Part shown: in pieces, positions 35,843 to 44,595 of the stretch
Layout of the letters: each line of letters opens with the position of its first letter
Position numbering within the stretch: position 1 is the first letter of the stretch
NCBI GenBank assembly: GCA_050697075.1
Contig: JBOGZC010000003.1
Coordinates: forward strand, 846 to 64,845
Source of the DNA: Solirubrobacterales bacterium
GTDB lineage: Bacteria; Actinomycetota; Thermoleophilia; Solirubrobacterales; 70-9
DNA: 64,000 nt
Direction of reading: 5' to 3'
Notes under the pieces: generated by a model
Databases searched by the model: none
What the model was told of the DNA's origin: nothing
What the model saw: only the letters and a program-made list of their open reading frames with translations
Translations under genes and position numbers: made by a program

Positions 35843-37642
35843 CTAGCCGACCTTGATCTTGCGCGACTTTCGGGCCAGGCAGATCGTGCCGTCGCCGAGG
35901 ATCTTCTTCTTCACCTGCGCGTAGAAGGTGCCGTTCCCGCTCCGATTCTTGATGCGCCACTTGCCGGCGTGGTCGGAGGTATCGCTGCCGACCTTGTGGT
36001 CGTTGCCGTGCCGCTGCTTGAACACGGTCACCTCGTCCTTCTTGCAGGCCTTGCGACCGCCACCGCCGACCTGTCCCGCAAAGCGGCCCTTCTTGTTGAA
36101 GTAGTCGATGAAGAGCTTTCGAGCCGCGACGTCCTGGGTCGCTTCCGCCAACGCCGAGCCGTTGCACAGGGTGGCCTTCCCGGTGAAGATGCGCTGCGCT
36201 GTGCAGCCCTCGTTGTCCGTTACCGTGAGGGAGATCGTGTAGGTGCCGGCGTTCGCGTATTTGTGTTGCACCGTGCCGTCCAGGCTTTGGTGCGTGTGAC
36301 CGTCGCCGTAGTCGTAGTCGTAGGTGGCGACGGTCCCGTCGGAATCGGTCGAGGGGGTGCCGTTGAGCTTGACGAGGACCTTTCGCTTCGGCTTCGAGTG
36401 AGTGATGAACGACGCCGTCGGCGCCTGGTTCGGGGTGATCGCGATCGACTCCAGGTCGGGGTTCGTGCCGCCGGTCGGCCATGGCGAGCCGGAGATCAGG
36501 CTCAAGCTCCCGTCGGAGGCGACGTTGAAGCCGGAGATGTTGTTCGAGACGTTGTTGCTGACGTAGAGGCGCTTGCCGTCCGGCGTGAACGCCAACGCCT
36601 TGCCGTTCGTGCCCCCGGTCGCGAACGGCTGCCCGGAGATCGCGCTCAGTGACCCGTTCGAGTTGATGTTGTAGGCGTTGACGGTGCTGGTGATCCTGGT
36701 CGCGACGTAGAGGTGCTGGCCATCGGGCGAGATCGCGATGTTCAGCGGGTGGCTGCCGGGGTTGAGGCTCAGCGGGAAACCGGGGAGGGCCGTCAGGAGG
36801 CCGCTGGAGCCAACCGAGAATCCCGACAGCGTCCCGTAGGTGCCGTCCTCTGGATTGGAGACGTAGAGGAACTTGCCGTCCGGGGTGATCCCCGACCCGA
36901 ACGGATTGCTCCCCGCCGCGGAGGCGTTGCCCGTCTGAATCGACTGGATGGAGCTCAGCGCGCCGTTGGAGGCGACCGAGTAGGCGCTGACGGTGTTGGT
37001 CTCAACGCCCATCACCGGGGTAGCGTTCTCGTTCGGCACGTAGAGGTGCTGGCCGTCGGGGGCGACCGACCCAGCGAAGGGGTTCGTCTGGCCCGCCGGC
37101 ACGGAGAACGGCGACCCACTCGCCTGGCTCAGCGTGCCGCCCGACCCAATCGTCCAGGAGCCGATTGAGCTCCCGTGGTTCCAAGCGAAGACGCGCGAGC
37201 CGTCCGGGGCGGGCACCGTTCCCAGCGGGGTGCTGCCGGCCGCGAACGGCGACCCGGACACCGCGCTGAGGCCGCCGGTCCCGGCGATGTTGAACCCCCT
37301 CACGTCGCTGCTTCCAAAGGTGGCGACGTAGAGGTGCTGGGCGTCCGGGGTGACCGACAGGCCCTCGGTGATCGTGCCACCGGTCGCGAACGGAGAGCCG
37401 GAGACCGCTGAAAGCGAGCCATCGGAGTTGATGTGAAGCGCCGAGATGTTGTTCGAGCCGGCCGGAAAGCCATTGCTGACGTAGACGAAGCGGTCGGCCG
37501 CGGCAAACGCCGGCGCGATCAGGCACACGACCATCGCAGCCAAGCACAAGTGCCGGAATCTAACCCCCCAAGTGGGGGACGCCGATCTCACCGTTTCCCC
37601 CTCGATGCAGGCGATCCTAGCCGTATGAAGACCGCGACGCAA
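35843..37642 (-). CDS. secreted lactonase-type 7-bladed beta-propeller, PKD domain and basic C-terminal domain
   Basis: Repeats ...LYV(A/S/P)N..S..(V/I)S.(F/Y).(I/V)...G.LS..SGSPF. PKD-like DSDGTVATYDYDYGDG...YANAGTYTISLTVTDNEG. Start uncertain. Confidence 0.75.
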   Translation of the reverse strand: MRRGLHTARIACIEGETVRSASPTWGVRFRHLCLAAMVVCLIAPAFAAADRFVYVSNGFPAGSNNISALHINSDGSLSAVSGSPFATGGTITEGLSVTPDAQHLYVATFGSSDVRGFNIAGTGGLSAVSGSPFAAGSTPLGTVPAPDGSRVFAWNHGSSIGSWTIGSGGTLSQASGSPFSVPAGQTNPFAGSVAPDGQHLYVPNENATPVMGVETNTVSAYSVASNGALSSIQSIQTGNASAAGSNPFGSGITPDGKFLYVSNPEDGTYGTLSGFSVGSSGLLTALPGFPLSLNPGSHPLNIAISPDGQHLYVATRITSTVNAYNINSNGSLSAISGQPFATGGTNGKALAFTPDGKRLYVSNNVSNNISGFNVASDGSLSLISGSPWPTGGTNPDLESIAITPNQAPTASFITHSKPKRKVLVKLNGTPSTDSDGTVATYDYDYGDGHTHQSLDGTVQHKYANAGTYTISLTVTDNEGCTAQRIFTGKATLCNGSALAEATQDVAARKLFIDYFNKKGRFAGQVGGGGRKACKKDEVTVFKQRHGNDHKVGSDTSDHAGKWRIKNRSGNGTFYAQVKKKILGDGTICLARKSRKIKVG

Positions 37643-37707
37643 CCGCCGCGACTACCTTCGAGCCTGAATCCTCGCCGAATCGGAGGAACAAATCAAGGCG
37701 TCAATCC

Positions 37708-38382
37708 CTATTCCGAGCCAACGTAGTCGTCGGGAGAAGCTGCGAATGCCTCGACGCAGGTGAGCGAGCAGAAGTAGTGCAGTCGGTTCCTGTATGTGAG
37801 GCTCCCGGCCGAGGTGCCGGGATCAACCGTCATCCGGCAGACCGGATCGATCGGCAGACCCTCGCTCTGCTGTCCCTCGTGGACCGCCCGGTATACGGCG
37901 ACTACGTGCTTCAAGTTCTTGAATCGCTGCGCGCCGTGCGGACGCAGTTCGATCCCGGCAAGTCCGCTCGCGGCTTCGCGCGTTGCCCCGGTCAACAGAA
38001 CCTCGTCGCCACCCGCGGCTCCTGACACCCTGGCCGCCAGGTTGACCGCGTTCCCGAACCAGTCGCCGTGACGCTCGATGGCCGGTCCCGTATGCATCCC
38101 CACGCGGACGACCGGAAACCGCGATCGGGCGCCCACCTCATCGACGATTCGCAGCCCGAGCTCGACCGCTGCGTCGGGGTCGTCGCAGCGCAGCATCAAA
38201 GCATCCCCGATCGTCTTGATTTCCTCGGCTCCGTACCGGGGGAGGAGCTTTCGCACGAAATCGCAGAAGTCGGCTGCCAGCTCGGCTGCCTCCTCGTCCC
38301 CGTGGGCCTCGGTCAGAGCCGTGAACCCCGCGAGATCGGCGAACAGGAAGGTGTGGTCGGCTCTCTCTGTGCTGTCGTTCAC
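37708..38382 (-). CDS. class III adenylate/guanylate cyclase fused to a C-terminal YHS (TRASH-like) metal-binding domain
   Basis: FLFADLAGFTALTE...IKTIGDALMLRC...VRVGMHTGPA...GNAVNLAARV. Then IDPVCRMTVD...LHYFCSLTCVEAF. Confidence 0.85.
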   Translation of the reverse strand: MNDSTERADHTFLFADLAGFTALTEAHGDEEAAELAADFCDFVRKLLPRYGAEEIKTIGDALMLRCDDPDAAVELGLRIVDEVGARSRFPVVRVGMHTGPAIERHGDWFGNAVNLAARVSGAAGGDEVLLTGATREAASGLAGIELRPHGAQRFKNLKHVVAVYRAVHEGQQSEGLPIDPVCRMTVDPGTSAGSLTYRNRLHYFCSLTCVEAFAASPDDYVGSE

Positions 38383-38412
38383 ACGCCTGATTCTCCTCAG
38401 ACCGCTAGGGTA

Positions 38413-38429
38413 ATACCCCTAAGGGGTAT
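38413..38429. promoter_or_regulatory. perfect 8-1-8 palindrome ATACCCCT-A-AGGGGTAT, CsoR-type operator candidate
   Basis: Sits in the 52-bp divergent intergenic region between the cyclase-YHS and DUF4396 genes. AT-flanked C/G tracts are typical of CsoR/RcnR operators. Confidence 0.5.
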
Positions 38430-38434
38430 CTGCG

Positions 38435-38923
38435 ATGGAATCGAGTTCGCTCAATCGCCTAGCCGCCAGCGCCACCACGCACTGCCTCACGGGATGCGCG
38501 ATCGGCGAGGTCTCGGGCATGGCGATTGCCACCGCCTTCGGCTGGGGCAACGTCGCGCAGATCGCGCTGGCGGTGGGGCTGGCCTACTTCTTCGGCTTCG
38601 CTCTCACGGCCATGCCGCTGATCCGCGCTGGTCTCAGCACGGGCGCGATCGTCTCGACCGCCCTGGCAGCGGACACCGTCTCGATCACGATCATGGAGGC
38701 GATCGACAACCTGACCGTGGTCTTGATCCCGAACGCGATGGACGCCGGGCTTACCGATGCCCTCTTCTACGGCAGCATCGCGGCGGGCTTCGCGATCGCC
38801 TATCCCTTCGCCTTCTGGGCGAACCGGTACCTGATCGCGCGTGGCAAGGGCCACGCCGTCGTGCACGAGTACCACGGGGAGGGCGAAGGCCAAACCGTCG
38901 AAGCCGCTGGGCTGCGGGAGTAG
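38435..38923 (+). CDS. DUF4396 family membrane protein
   Basis: ...ATTHCLTGCAIGEVSGMAIA... and 4 TM helices. Confidence 0.7.
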   Translation: MESSSLNRLAASATTHCLTGCAIGEVSGMAIATAFGWGNVAQIALAVGLAYFFGFALTAMPLIRAGLSTGAIVSTALAADTVSITIMEAIDNLTVVLIPNAMDAGLTDALFYGSIAAGFAIAYPFAFWANRYLIARGKGHAVVHEYHGEGEGQTVEAAGLRE

Positions 38924-39194
38924 GCACGCCCATCAATCGGGCGTGCGCGGCTGGAGCGAGGGAAAGCGGATCATGCCGCCGCTCGCTGCGCCAAGGCTCG
39001 AGTCGGGGAGCAACTGCGCTCGTCCGACCAAGAGCGAAGGGCGCCAGAACATGCTCTGCGCCTGCCTATCGGCCGCACTGCTCGTCGGTCTCAGCGACGA
39101 GGAGAAGCAGCTACGCGGCCGCGAACAGGCGGATCGTTCTGAGCCCGATGCCCTAGAGGCAGAAACGGAGCGGCTGCGGGCAGTGGAGGTTGAG

Positions 39195-40166
39195 CTAGCT
39201 GTAAGACCCGAGCGGGTTGTTCAGCTCGTGTAGTCGAGCTGCGGGCGGCCTTCGGCCGAGGGAGCCGTGTGGACGCCGGAAGTTGTAGCGCCAAAGCCAA
39301 CCCTCAAGCGCCGAGGTGCGCTCGGCGGAGCTGCGGTAGATCGCGCCGTAAGCCCAGCCGCCCAGCATCGTGCGGATGAAGCGCTCCGCCTTGCCGTTGG
39401 TCTGCGGGCGGTAGGGCCGGATGCGCAGATGACGGATCCCAAGCGCCCGGCAGGCGATCGCGTGGATTGCCGAGCGGTAGGCGGAGCCATTGTCGGTCAT
39501 CACTCGCTCGACCTTGACCCCGTGGCGGCGATAGAAGGCGAGGGCGCGACGCAAGAACGCGACCGCCGTGGTCGCCTTTTCGTCGCCGAGCACCTCGACG
39601 TAGGCGAGACGGGTGGCGTCGTCGACGCAGACGTGGACCGCCTCCCAGCCGACCTGGGCGCGACGGACGCCCGAGCCGTCGGTCCTCGTCCGATTGCCGC
39701 GAGGCCGCCCGGCGATGCGATGGCCCGCTCCGCCCTCGATCCGCCCCAGCTTCTTGACGTCGATGTGAACGAGCTCCCCGGGGCGCGAGCGCTCGTAGCG
39801 GCGCGCCGGCTCGAGGCCGAGGCGCCCGAGCCGTCCCAGGCCAACCCTGGTCAGGATCCCGGAGACGGTGGTCTCGGGCATCCGGAAGATCTCGGCCAGC
39901 TCGGCGCCGGTGAAGCGACCGCAGGCGCAGATCGCCTCGATCCGATCCTCGGGGGTGCGGTTGTGGACGCAGCGGGCGACGGACGGTCGGTCCAGCAGGC
40001 CGACCTCGCCCTCGGCCAAGAAGCGGGCGACCCACTTGCGGGCGGTCGGCTCGCTCACTTCGGCGGCCTCGGCCGCCTTCGTGAGCGACCAACCCGCTTC
40101 GACGACTCGTTCGACCAAGAGCCTGCGCTTGTTCAGGCTGAGCGCGGCGTTAGCGTGGAGCTTCAT
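39195..40166 (-). CDS. IS481-family DDE transposase
   Basis: N-terminal HTH (MKLHANAALSLNKRRLLVERV...). rve core ...LVHIDVKKLGRI...VCVDDATRLAYVEVL...MTDNGSAYRS...RPYRPQTNGKAERFI... The TAG stop lies in the flanking CTAG. Confidence 0.85.
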   Translation of the reverse strand: MKLHANAALSLNKRRLLVERVVEAGWSLTKAAEAAEVSEPTARKWVARFLAEGEVGLLDRPSVARCVHNRTPEDRIEAICACGRFTGAELAEIFRMPETTVSGILTRVGLGRLGRLGLEPARRYERSRPGELVHIDVKKLGRIEGGAGHRIAGRPRGNRTRTDGSGVRRAQVGWEAVHVCVDDATRLAYVEVLGDEKATTAVAFLRRALAFYRRHGVKVERVMTDNGSAYRSAIHAIACRALGIRHLRIRPYRPQTNGKAERFIRTMLGGWAYGAIYRSSAERTSALEGWLWRYNFRRPHGSLGRRPPAARLHELNNPLGSYS

Positions 40167-40254
40167 CCGGATACCTCCTTGAGGCTGGGTGGGTAGACAC
40201 CCCCAGCCTTCAAGGGGGCCCGGATGAAACAACGGGCTCAGGGATTACAGCTAG
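39195..40254 (-). mobile_element. IS481-family insertion sequence with 23-bp imperfect terminal inverted repeats, flanked by CTAG
   Basis: IRL 39199..39221 CTGTAAGACCCGAGCGGGTTGTT. IRR 40228..40250 (revcomp CTGTAATCCCTGAGCCCGTTGTT). CTAG at 39195..39198 and 40251..40254. Confidence 0.8.
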
Positions 40255-40403
40255 ACCAGTGTTGGGATCTTCTAGGCCAGCGCCGGGCACTGCGCGACGC
40301 AGGGGCTGATCCCAACCAGGCGCAAGCGAGAGACGCGGGCACCGTGGAGCGTTATCAACAGTAGGGTGCGGCGACTTCGTCGCTCGCTTCCGCCCATCGC
40401 GAA

Positions 40404-40808
40404 CTACTGGGGCTCGAGGACGACGACCGGGATCTCGCGGTCGGTGTTCTCCTGGTAGCGGTCGTAGTCGGGCCACTCCTTCGTCATGATCGGCCAGAGC
40501 TCGGCCTTCTCCTCGGGGGTTGCCGTGCGCGCCTGAGCGCGCATCTTGTCGCCCTTGACCTGGATCTCGACCTCTGGGTTCGCGTCGAGGTTGAGGTACC
40601 ACGCGGGGTCGTGCGGAGCCCCGCCCTTGGAGGCCACGACCAGGTAGTCGTCGCCGTGGCGGCCGTAGATCAGGGCGTGCGGCCTTGGTTGGCCTGAGCA
40701 CCGACCCGTCGTTGTGAGGATCAGGGTCTGGGTCCCCTGCCAGTCGTGGCCTTCCTTCCCGTCGGTCGCGACGTACCGGTCGATGTGCTCCTGTCCGTAA
40801 AGCGTCAT
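40404..40808 (-). CDS. deazaflavin (F420)-dependent nitroreductase family protein (Ddn/DUF385-like)
   Basis: ...LILTTTGRCSGQPRPHALIYGRHGDDYLVVASKGGAPHDPAWYLNLDANPEVEIQV... Confidence 0.8.
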   Translation of the reverse strand: MTLYGQEHIDRYVATDGKEGHDWQGTQTLILTTTGRCSGQPRPHALIYGRHGDDYLVVASKGGAPHDPAWYLNLDANPEVEIQVKGDKMRAQARTATPEEKAELWPIMTKEWPDYDRYQENTDREIPVVVLEPQ

Positions 40809-41047
40809 GTCGGCCCTCCTCGTTATCGAAAGACGTGACCCAATTGCAGCACGCGGCGCGGTGCGGCTTGGCGATCGAGCAGAGCAAGAGCGGACGCGGG
40901 CCGCGCGGGCTTTGGGACGAGCCCCGATTGACGGTTGGAGTGACCCTCGTTGAATGCCGGAAGACCGGCATGTTGGCTGGCTCGGGATCCGCCTCCAGAT
41001 CGGTCGTGGTGCCGAAAGATCCGCGAGAAGACCTTCGTGATGGGAGC

Positions 41048-41437
41048 CTACGTCGTGGGTCTCGTGAATCCGCCGAGGTAATGGGCCTTGTTGCTCAGAG
41101 GAATGCCTGCCCCGGCCTGCTGACGCAATATCGAAAGAACGGCGGCGCTCGGAGGACCGAACACCTGGATCCCGGTGGTGGCCTCCAGCGTCTCCCGATA
41201 TGCCCGCGCCGCACGTTCTCGAACGACTTCCATGTGGAACTCCATGGATTCCGCGTCCGGATGCACCTGGACAACCGCAACTTCGCTTCCGTTCTCGTCG
41301 GCGTACTCGTTGAACGCAATGAGGCGGGGTTCGTTCGCCTCGATGAAGTCAGAAAGCTCAGGAACACGCCGCTTTTCGTCCTCGAGCTTGCCCTCCTTGA
41401 GCTTGTTGGTGGCGATGAAGATGAACGGCCCGGGCAT
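41048..41437 (-). CDS. dimeric alpha/beta-barrel (ABM-like) protein
   Basis: MPGPFIFIATNKLKEGKLED...AVVQVHPDAESMEFHMEV... Start at the internal ATG. Confidence 0.55.
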   Translation of the reverse strand: MPGPFIFIATNKLKEGKLEDEKRRVPELSDFIEANEPRLIAFNEYADENGSEVAVVQVHPDAESMEFHMEVVRERAARAYRETLEATTGIQVFGPPSAAVLSILRQQAGAGIPLSNKAHYLGGFTRPTT

Positions 41438-41496
41438 TTTCGACTCCTTGAATTTGGGATCAGGTGGATTGAGTTTGCTGCGGGGTGATCTCTCGG

Positions 41497-41961
41497 CTAC
41501 CAAGGTTCGCCCTTGACCGGATGGGTGCCGCCCTTGACCACCAGCTCCCCGGTCCCAACCGGTTCTCCGCAGGCCGCACACACTGTGCGCGGATGGAACT
41601 CGGCGCCGCACGTGTGCTCGAAGATGACTGGCGCGGCGCCCGGGTTCAACTGCTGATCGCCCCACTCCTTGAGCGCAAGGACGATCGGGCGAAGCTGGGC
41701 GCCTGCCTCGGTCAGGTGATACTCGTAGCGGGGCGGGTGCTCCGAGTAGAGTCGACGCTCGAGCACGCCGACCCCTTCGAGACGGCGTAACCGAGCGGTG
41801 AGGACGTCCCGGGGCGCCCCAGTGAACCCCGCGAGATCCTCGAACCGGACGTAGCCGTAGCCGATCTCACGAACGATCAACAGCGAGTAGCGATCACCCA
41901 CGATCGCAAGGGCGTCGGCAACCGAGCAGGTCCTCTTTGTGGGTTTGTCTTTCAAATCCAC
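41497..41961 (-). CDS. HxlR-family winged-helix transcriptional regulator with a C-terminal Cys-rich extension
   Basis: CSVADALAIVGDRYSLLIVREI...RFEDL......VLTARLRRLEGVGVLERRLYSEHPPRYEYHLTEAG. C-terminal ...CGAEFHPRTVCAACGE. Confidence 0.8.
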   Translation of the reverse strand: MDLKDKPTKRTCSVADALAIVGDRYSLLIVREIGYGYVRFEDLAGFTGAPRDVLTARLRRLEGVGVLERRLYSEHPPRYEYHLTEAGAQLRPIVLALKEWGDQQLNPGAAPVIFEHTCGAEFHPRTVCAACGEPVGTGELVVKGGTHPVKGEPW

Positions 41962-42053
41962 TCTCAATATAGCGACGCCCGATGACGGCCTCGCCAGCCT
42001 CCCATCCAGTGAGTTTGCTTTTCCAACGGAGAACTGGTAGCGTCCGCGCGGCG

Positions 42054-42074
42054 TTAGTTGGAAAGTCAAACTCA
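42054..42074. promoter_or_regulatory. TTAGTTGGAAAGTCAAACTCA box, 40 nt upstream of the MFS start; candidate HxlR operator/promoter
   Basis: Imperfect dyad AGTTGG..N5..CAAACT. An identical 21-mer sits at 43657..43677, 40 nt before the hydrolase start. Confidence 0.45.
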
Positions 42075-42113
42075 GTGGCGCCAACCGGGCTCGAACCAGC
42101 GAAAGGCAGAACC

Positions 42114-43619
42114 ATGACCCGATCCGTTCAGGCCACCCAAGACGCCGATGGCCGGCTCGCGGCCGGCGACGAACGCACCCAACGCGCCAATCCCAGGCTG
42201 ATCCTCGCCGTCCTCTCTCTCGGCGGGATCTCCTTTGCGCTCCTGCAGTTCCTGGTCGTGCCGGCGCTGCCGCAGATCCAGGACTCGCTGCACACCTCCG
42301 AGAGCGCAGTCAGCTGGATCCTGACCGCCTTCCTGCTGAGTGCGTCGGTGACGACGCCGATCATCGGGCGCCTTGGCGACATGTACGGGAAGGAGCGCCT
42401 GCTGAAGATCGTGCTGCTCCTGCTGGCCGTCGGCACTCTGATCTCCGCCATCGCGTCATCGCTCACCGTGATGCTCGTCGGCCGCGTCGTGCAGGGCGTC
42501 GGCGCCGGGATCTTCCCGCTGGCGTTCTCGATCATCAGCGACGAGCTCCCGCACGAGCGGGTCGCGGGCGGCATCGGGCTCGTCTCCTCCCTGCTCGGGA
42601 TCGGGGGCGGGGCCGGCGTCGTGTTCGCCGGGATCATCAGCGAGAACCTCTCCTACCACTGGCTCTTCTGGTTCCCCCTCGGAATCATCGCCGTCACGAC
42701 GCTTCTCACCAGGCGCTACATCCCCGCGTCGCCGGTGAAGACGCCGGGCGAGGTCAACTACCGGGCGGCCGGCCTGATGGCCCTCGGGATCTCGGCGACG
42801 CTCATCGCGATCACGCAGACCAGCACCTGGGGATGGGGCTCGCCGAAGACGCTCGGCCTCTTGGCCGCCGGCCTCGCGATCATCGTCGCTTGGGTGGTCG
42901 AGGAGCTGCGCTCGCGCGAGCCGCTCGTCGACATGCGGATGATGTCCGTTCGCGGGGTGTGGACGACGAACGCCGTCGCCTTCATGGTCGGGATCGGGAT
43001 GTTCTCGTCGTTCATCCTCCTGCCCGAGTTCGTGCAGGAGCCGGCTAGCACCGGCTACGGCTTCGCCGCCTCGGCGACCGCCGCCGGCCTCTTCCTGCTT
43101 CCCGCCACGATCGCGATCACAATCGTCGGCCAGATGGCCGGCGTGCTGGAGCGGCGGATCGGCTCTCGCGGAGCCCTGATCGCCGGCGTCGTCTTCGTGC
43201 TCGCCGCCTACGTCCTCTTGCTGGCCGATCGCAGTGCCGAGCTCGAGATCTACATCGCCGCCGGCATGCTCGGCGTCGGGATCGGGCTGTCGTTCGCGGC
43301 GATGCCGAACCTGATCGTCGAGAACGTCCCCCAGGAACAGACCGGCGTTGCCACCGGGATGAACGCGGTCACGCGGACGCTGGGCGGTGCCTTCGGCGGC
43401 CAGGTAGCGGCGACCCTGCTCGCGGGCAACCTCGCAGCCGGCGGCCTTCCCACCGCCCATGGCTTCACGCTCGCCTTCGCGATGTGCCTGGTGGCGCTCG
43501 TCGCGGGGCTCGGCTTCGCCCTGGCGGTGCCGCGCCGGCGCCGCGCAGAGGAGCCGACCGCGGGCGTCGTGGTGCCCGGCCCGCAGCGCGCGTCAGAGCC
43601 CGAGCGCGCCGCCGCGTAG
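42114..43619 (+). CDS. MFS transporter, DHA2 (14-TMS, EmrB/QacA-like) drug:H+ antiporter family
   Basis: ...SWILTAFLLSASVTTPIIGRLGDMYGKERLL... (motif A region). About 14 hydrophobic helices. Confidence 0.9.
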   Translation: MTRSVQATQDADGRLAAGDERTQRANPRLILAVLSLGGISFALLQFLVVPALPQIQDSLHTSESAVSWILTAFLLSASVTTPIIGRLGDMYGKERLLKIVLLLLAVGTLISAIASSLTVMLVGRVVQGVGAGIFPLAFSIISDELPHERVAGGIGLVSSLLGIGGGAGVVFAGIISENLSYHWLFWFPLGIIAVTTLLTRRYIPASPVKTPGEVNYRAAGLMALGISATLIAITQTSTWGWGSPKTLGLLAAGLAIIVAWVVEELRSREPLVDMRMMSVRGVWTTNAVAFMVGIGMFSSFILLPEFVQEPASTGYGFAASATAAGLFLLPATIAITIVGQMAGVLERRIGSRGALIAGVVFVLAAYVLLLADRSAELEIYIAAGMLGVGIGLSFAAMPNLIVENVPQEQTGVATGMNAVTRTLGGAFGGQVAATLLAGNLAAGGLPTAHGFTLAFAMCLVALVAGLGFALAVPRRRRAEEPTAGVVVPGPQRASEPERAAA

Positions 43620-43622
43620 CCA

Positions 43623-43677
43623 CAGCGAGGTAGCGATCACCCACGATCGCAAGGGCTTAGTTGGAAAGTCAAACTCA
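43623..43677. repeat. second copy of the hxlR-proximal cassette with a 140-bp internal deletion
   Basis: 43623..43656 equals 41881..41913 (hxlR coding fragment), joined directly to 43657..43677, which equals 42054..42074. Confidence 0.75.
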
Positions 43678-43716
43678 ATTGAGATCCTGGCTCGAGACCA
43701 AGAACGAAAGGAACCC

Positions 43717-44595
43717 ATGAGCGAGAGCGCAGCGACCGAGGACTACATAGCGACCGAGAACCGGATCGTCGAGGCGGCGAACGGGACGAGCTTTGTCTTC
43801 CGTGAACTCGGCAGCGGCGAGGTGCCGCTCGTCCTCCTGCAGCACTTCCGAGGAAACCTCGACAATTGGGACCCGCGGCTCATCGATGCGCTCGCGGAGA
43901 ACCGTCGTGTAGTGACATTCGACAACACGGGCGTGGGAGGGTCGACGGGGACGACGCCTCACACAATCGCCGAGATGGCGACTGACGCGATCGCCTTCGT
44001 CGAGGCGCTCGAGTTCGACGAGATCGATCTGTTCGGCTTCTCGATCGGAAGCTTCGTCGCTCAGGAGATGGCGCTCATCCGGCCGAATCTCCTGCGGCGC
44101 ATCGTGCTCGCCTCTTCGGCGCCTCGAGGCGCGGCGGGAATGCACGGATGGGCGCCGCACGTGATCGGGCAGGTCGGAGGTCGCGAGCCCTCACCCGAGG
44201 GATACTTGAACGTCTTCTACGCCCCGTCCGCGACCAGCCGCGAAGCGGGGGGTCAGTCGGCGCAACGCATCTTCGGCGCCCGCACGGAGGACCGCGATGC
44301 CGAGACGACGTGGCAGACGCGGCAGGCCCAGTACGACGCGGTCTGCTCGTGGGGCGTCCCCGACCACGGCCTGTTGCAGCGGGTGAGCGCGATCCACCAC
44401 CCAACCTTCATCGCCAACGGCGATAGCGACCCGATGGTCCTGCCTCACTTCTCCTACCTGCTCGCGGGCCTGATCCCGCAGGCCGATGTGAAGATCTATC
44501 CCGACTCCGCGCACGGCTTCCTCTTTCAACACGCGGCAGAGTTCGCCGCGGATGTCGAGGCGTTTCTCGCCGACGAGAGCGGGCGCCGTGAGTAG
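43717..44595 (+). CDS. alpha/beta-fold hydrolase
   Basis: ...PLVLLQHFRGNLDNWD...DLFGFSIGSFVAQEMA (G-x-S-x-G nucleophile elbow)...DSDPMV...DSAHGFLFQH. Confidence 0.85.
   Translation: MSESAATEDYIATENRIVEAANGTSFVFRELGSGEVPLVLLQHFRGNLDNWDPRLIDALAENRRVVTFDNTGVGGSTGTTPHTIAEMATDAIAFVEALEFDEIDLFGFSIGSFVAQEMALIRPNLLRRIVLASSAPRGAAGMHGWAPHVIGQVGGREPSPEGYLNVFYAPSATSREAGGQSAQRIFGARTEDRDAETTWQTRQAQYDAVCSWGVPDHGLLQRVSAIHHPTFIANGDSDPMVLPHFSYLLAGLIPQADVKIYPDSAHGFLFQHAAEFAADVEAFLADESGRRE

Noticed and set aside
40255-40403. 9-bp inverted repeat GTTGGGATC...GATCCCAAC downstream of the nitroreductase gene, as an intrinsic terminator.
   Set aside because: The loop would be about 38 nt and there is no U-tract, so it is not a convincing terminator. 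It may be incidental or related to the IS target region.
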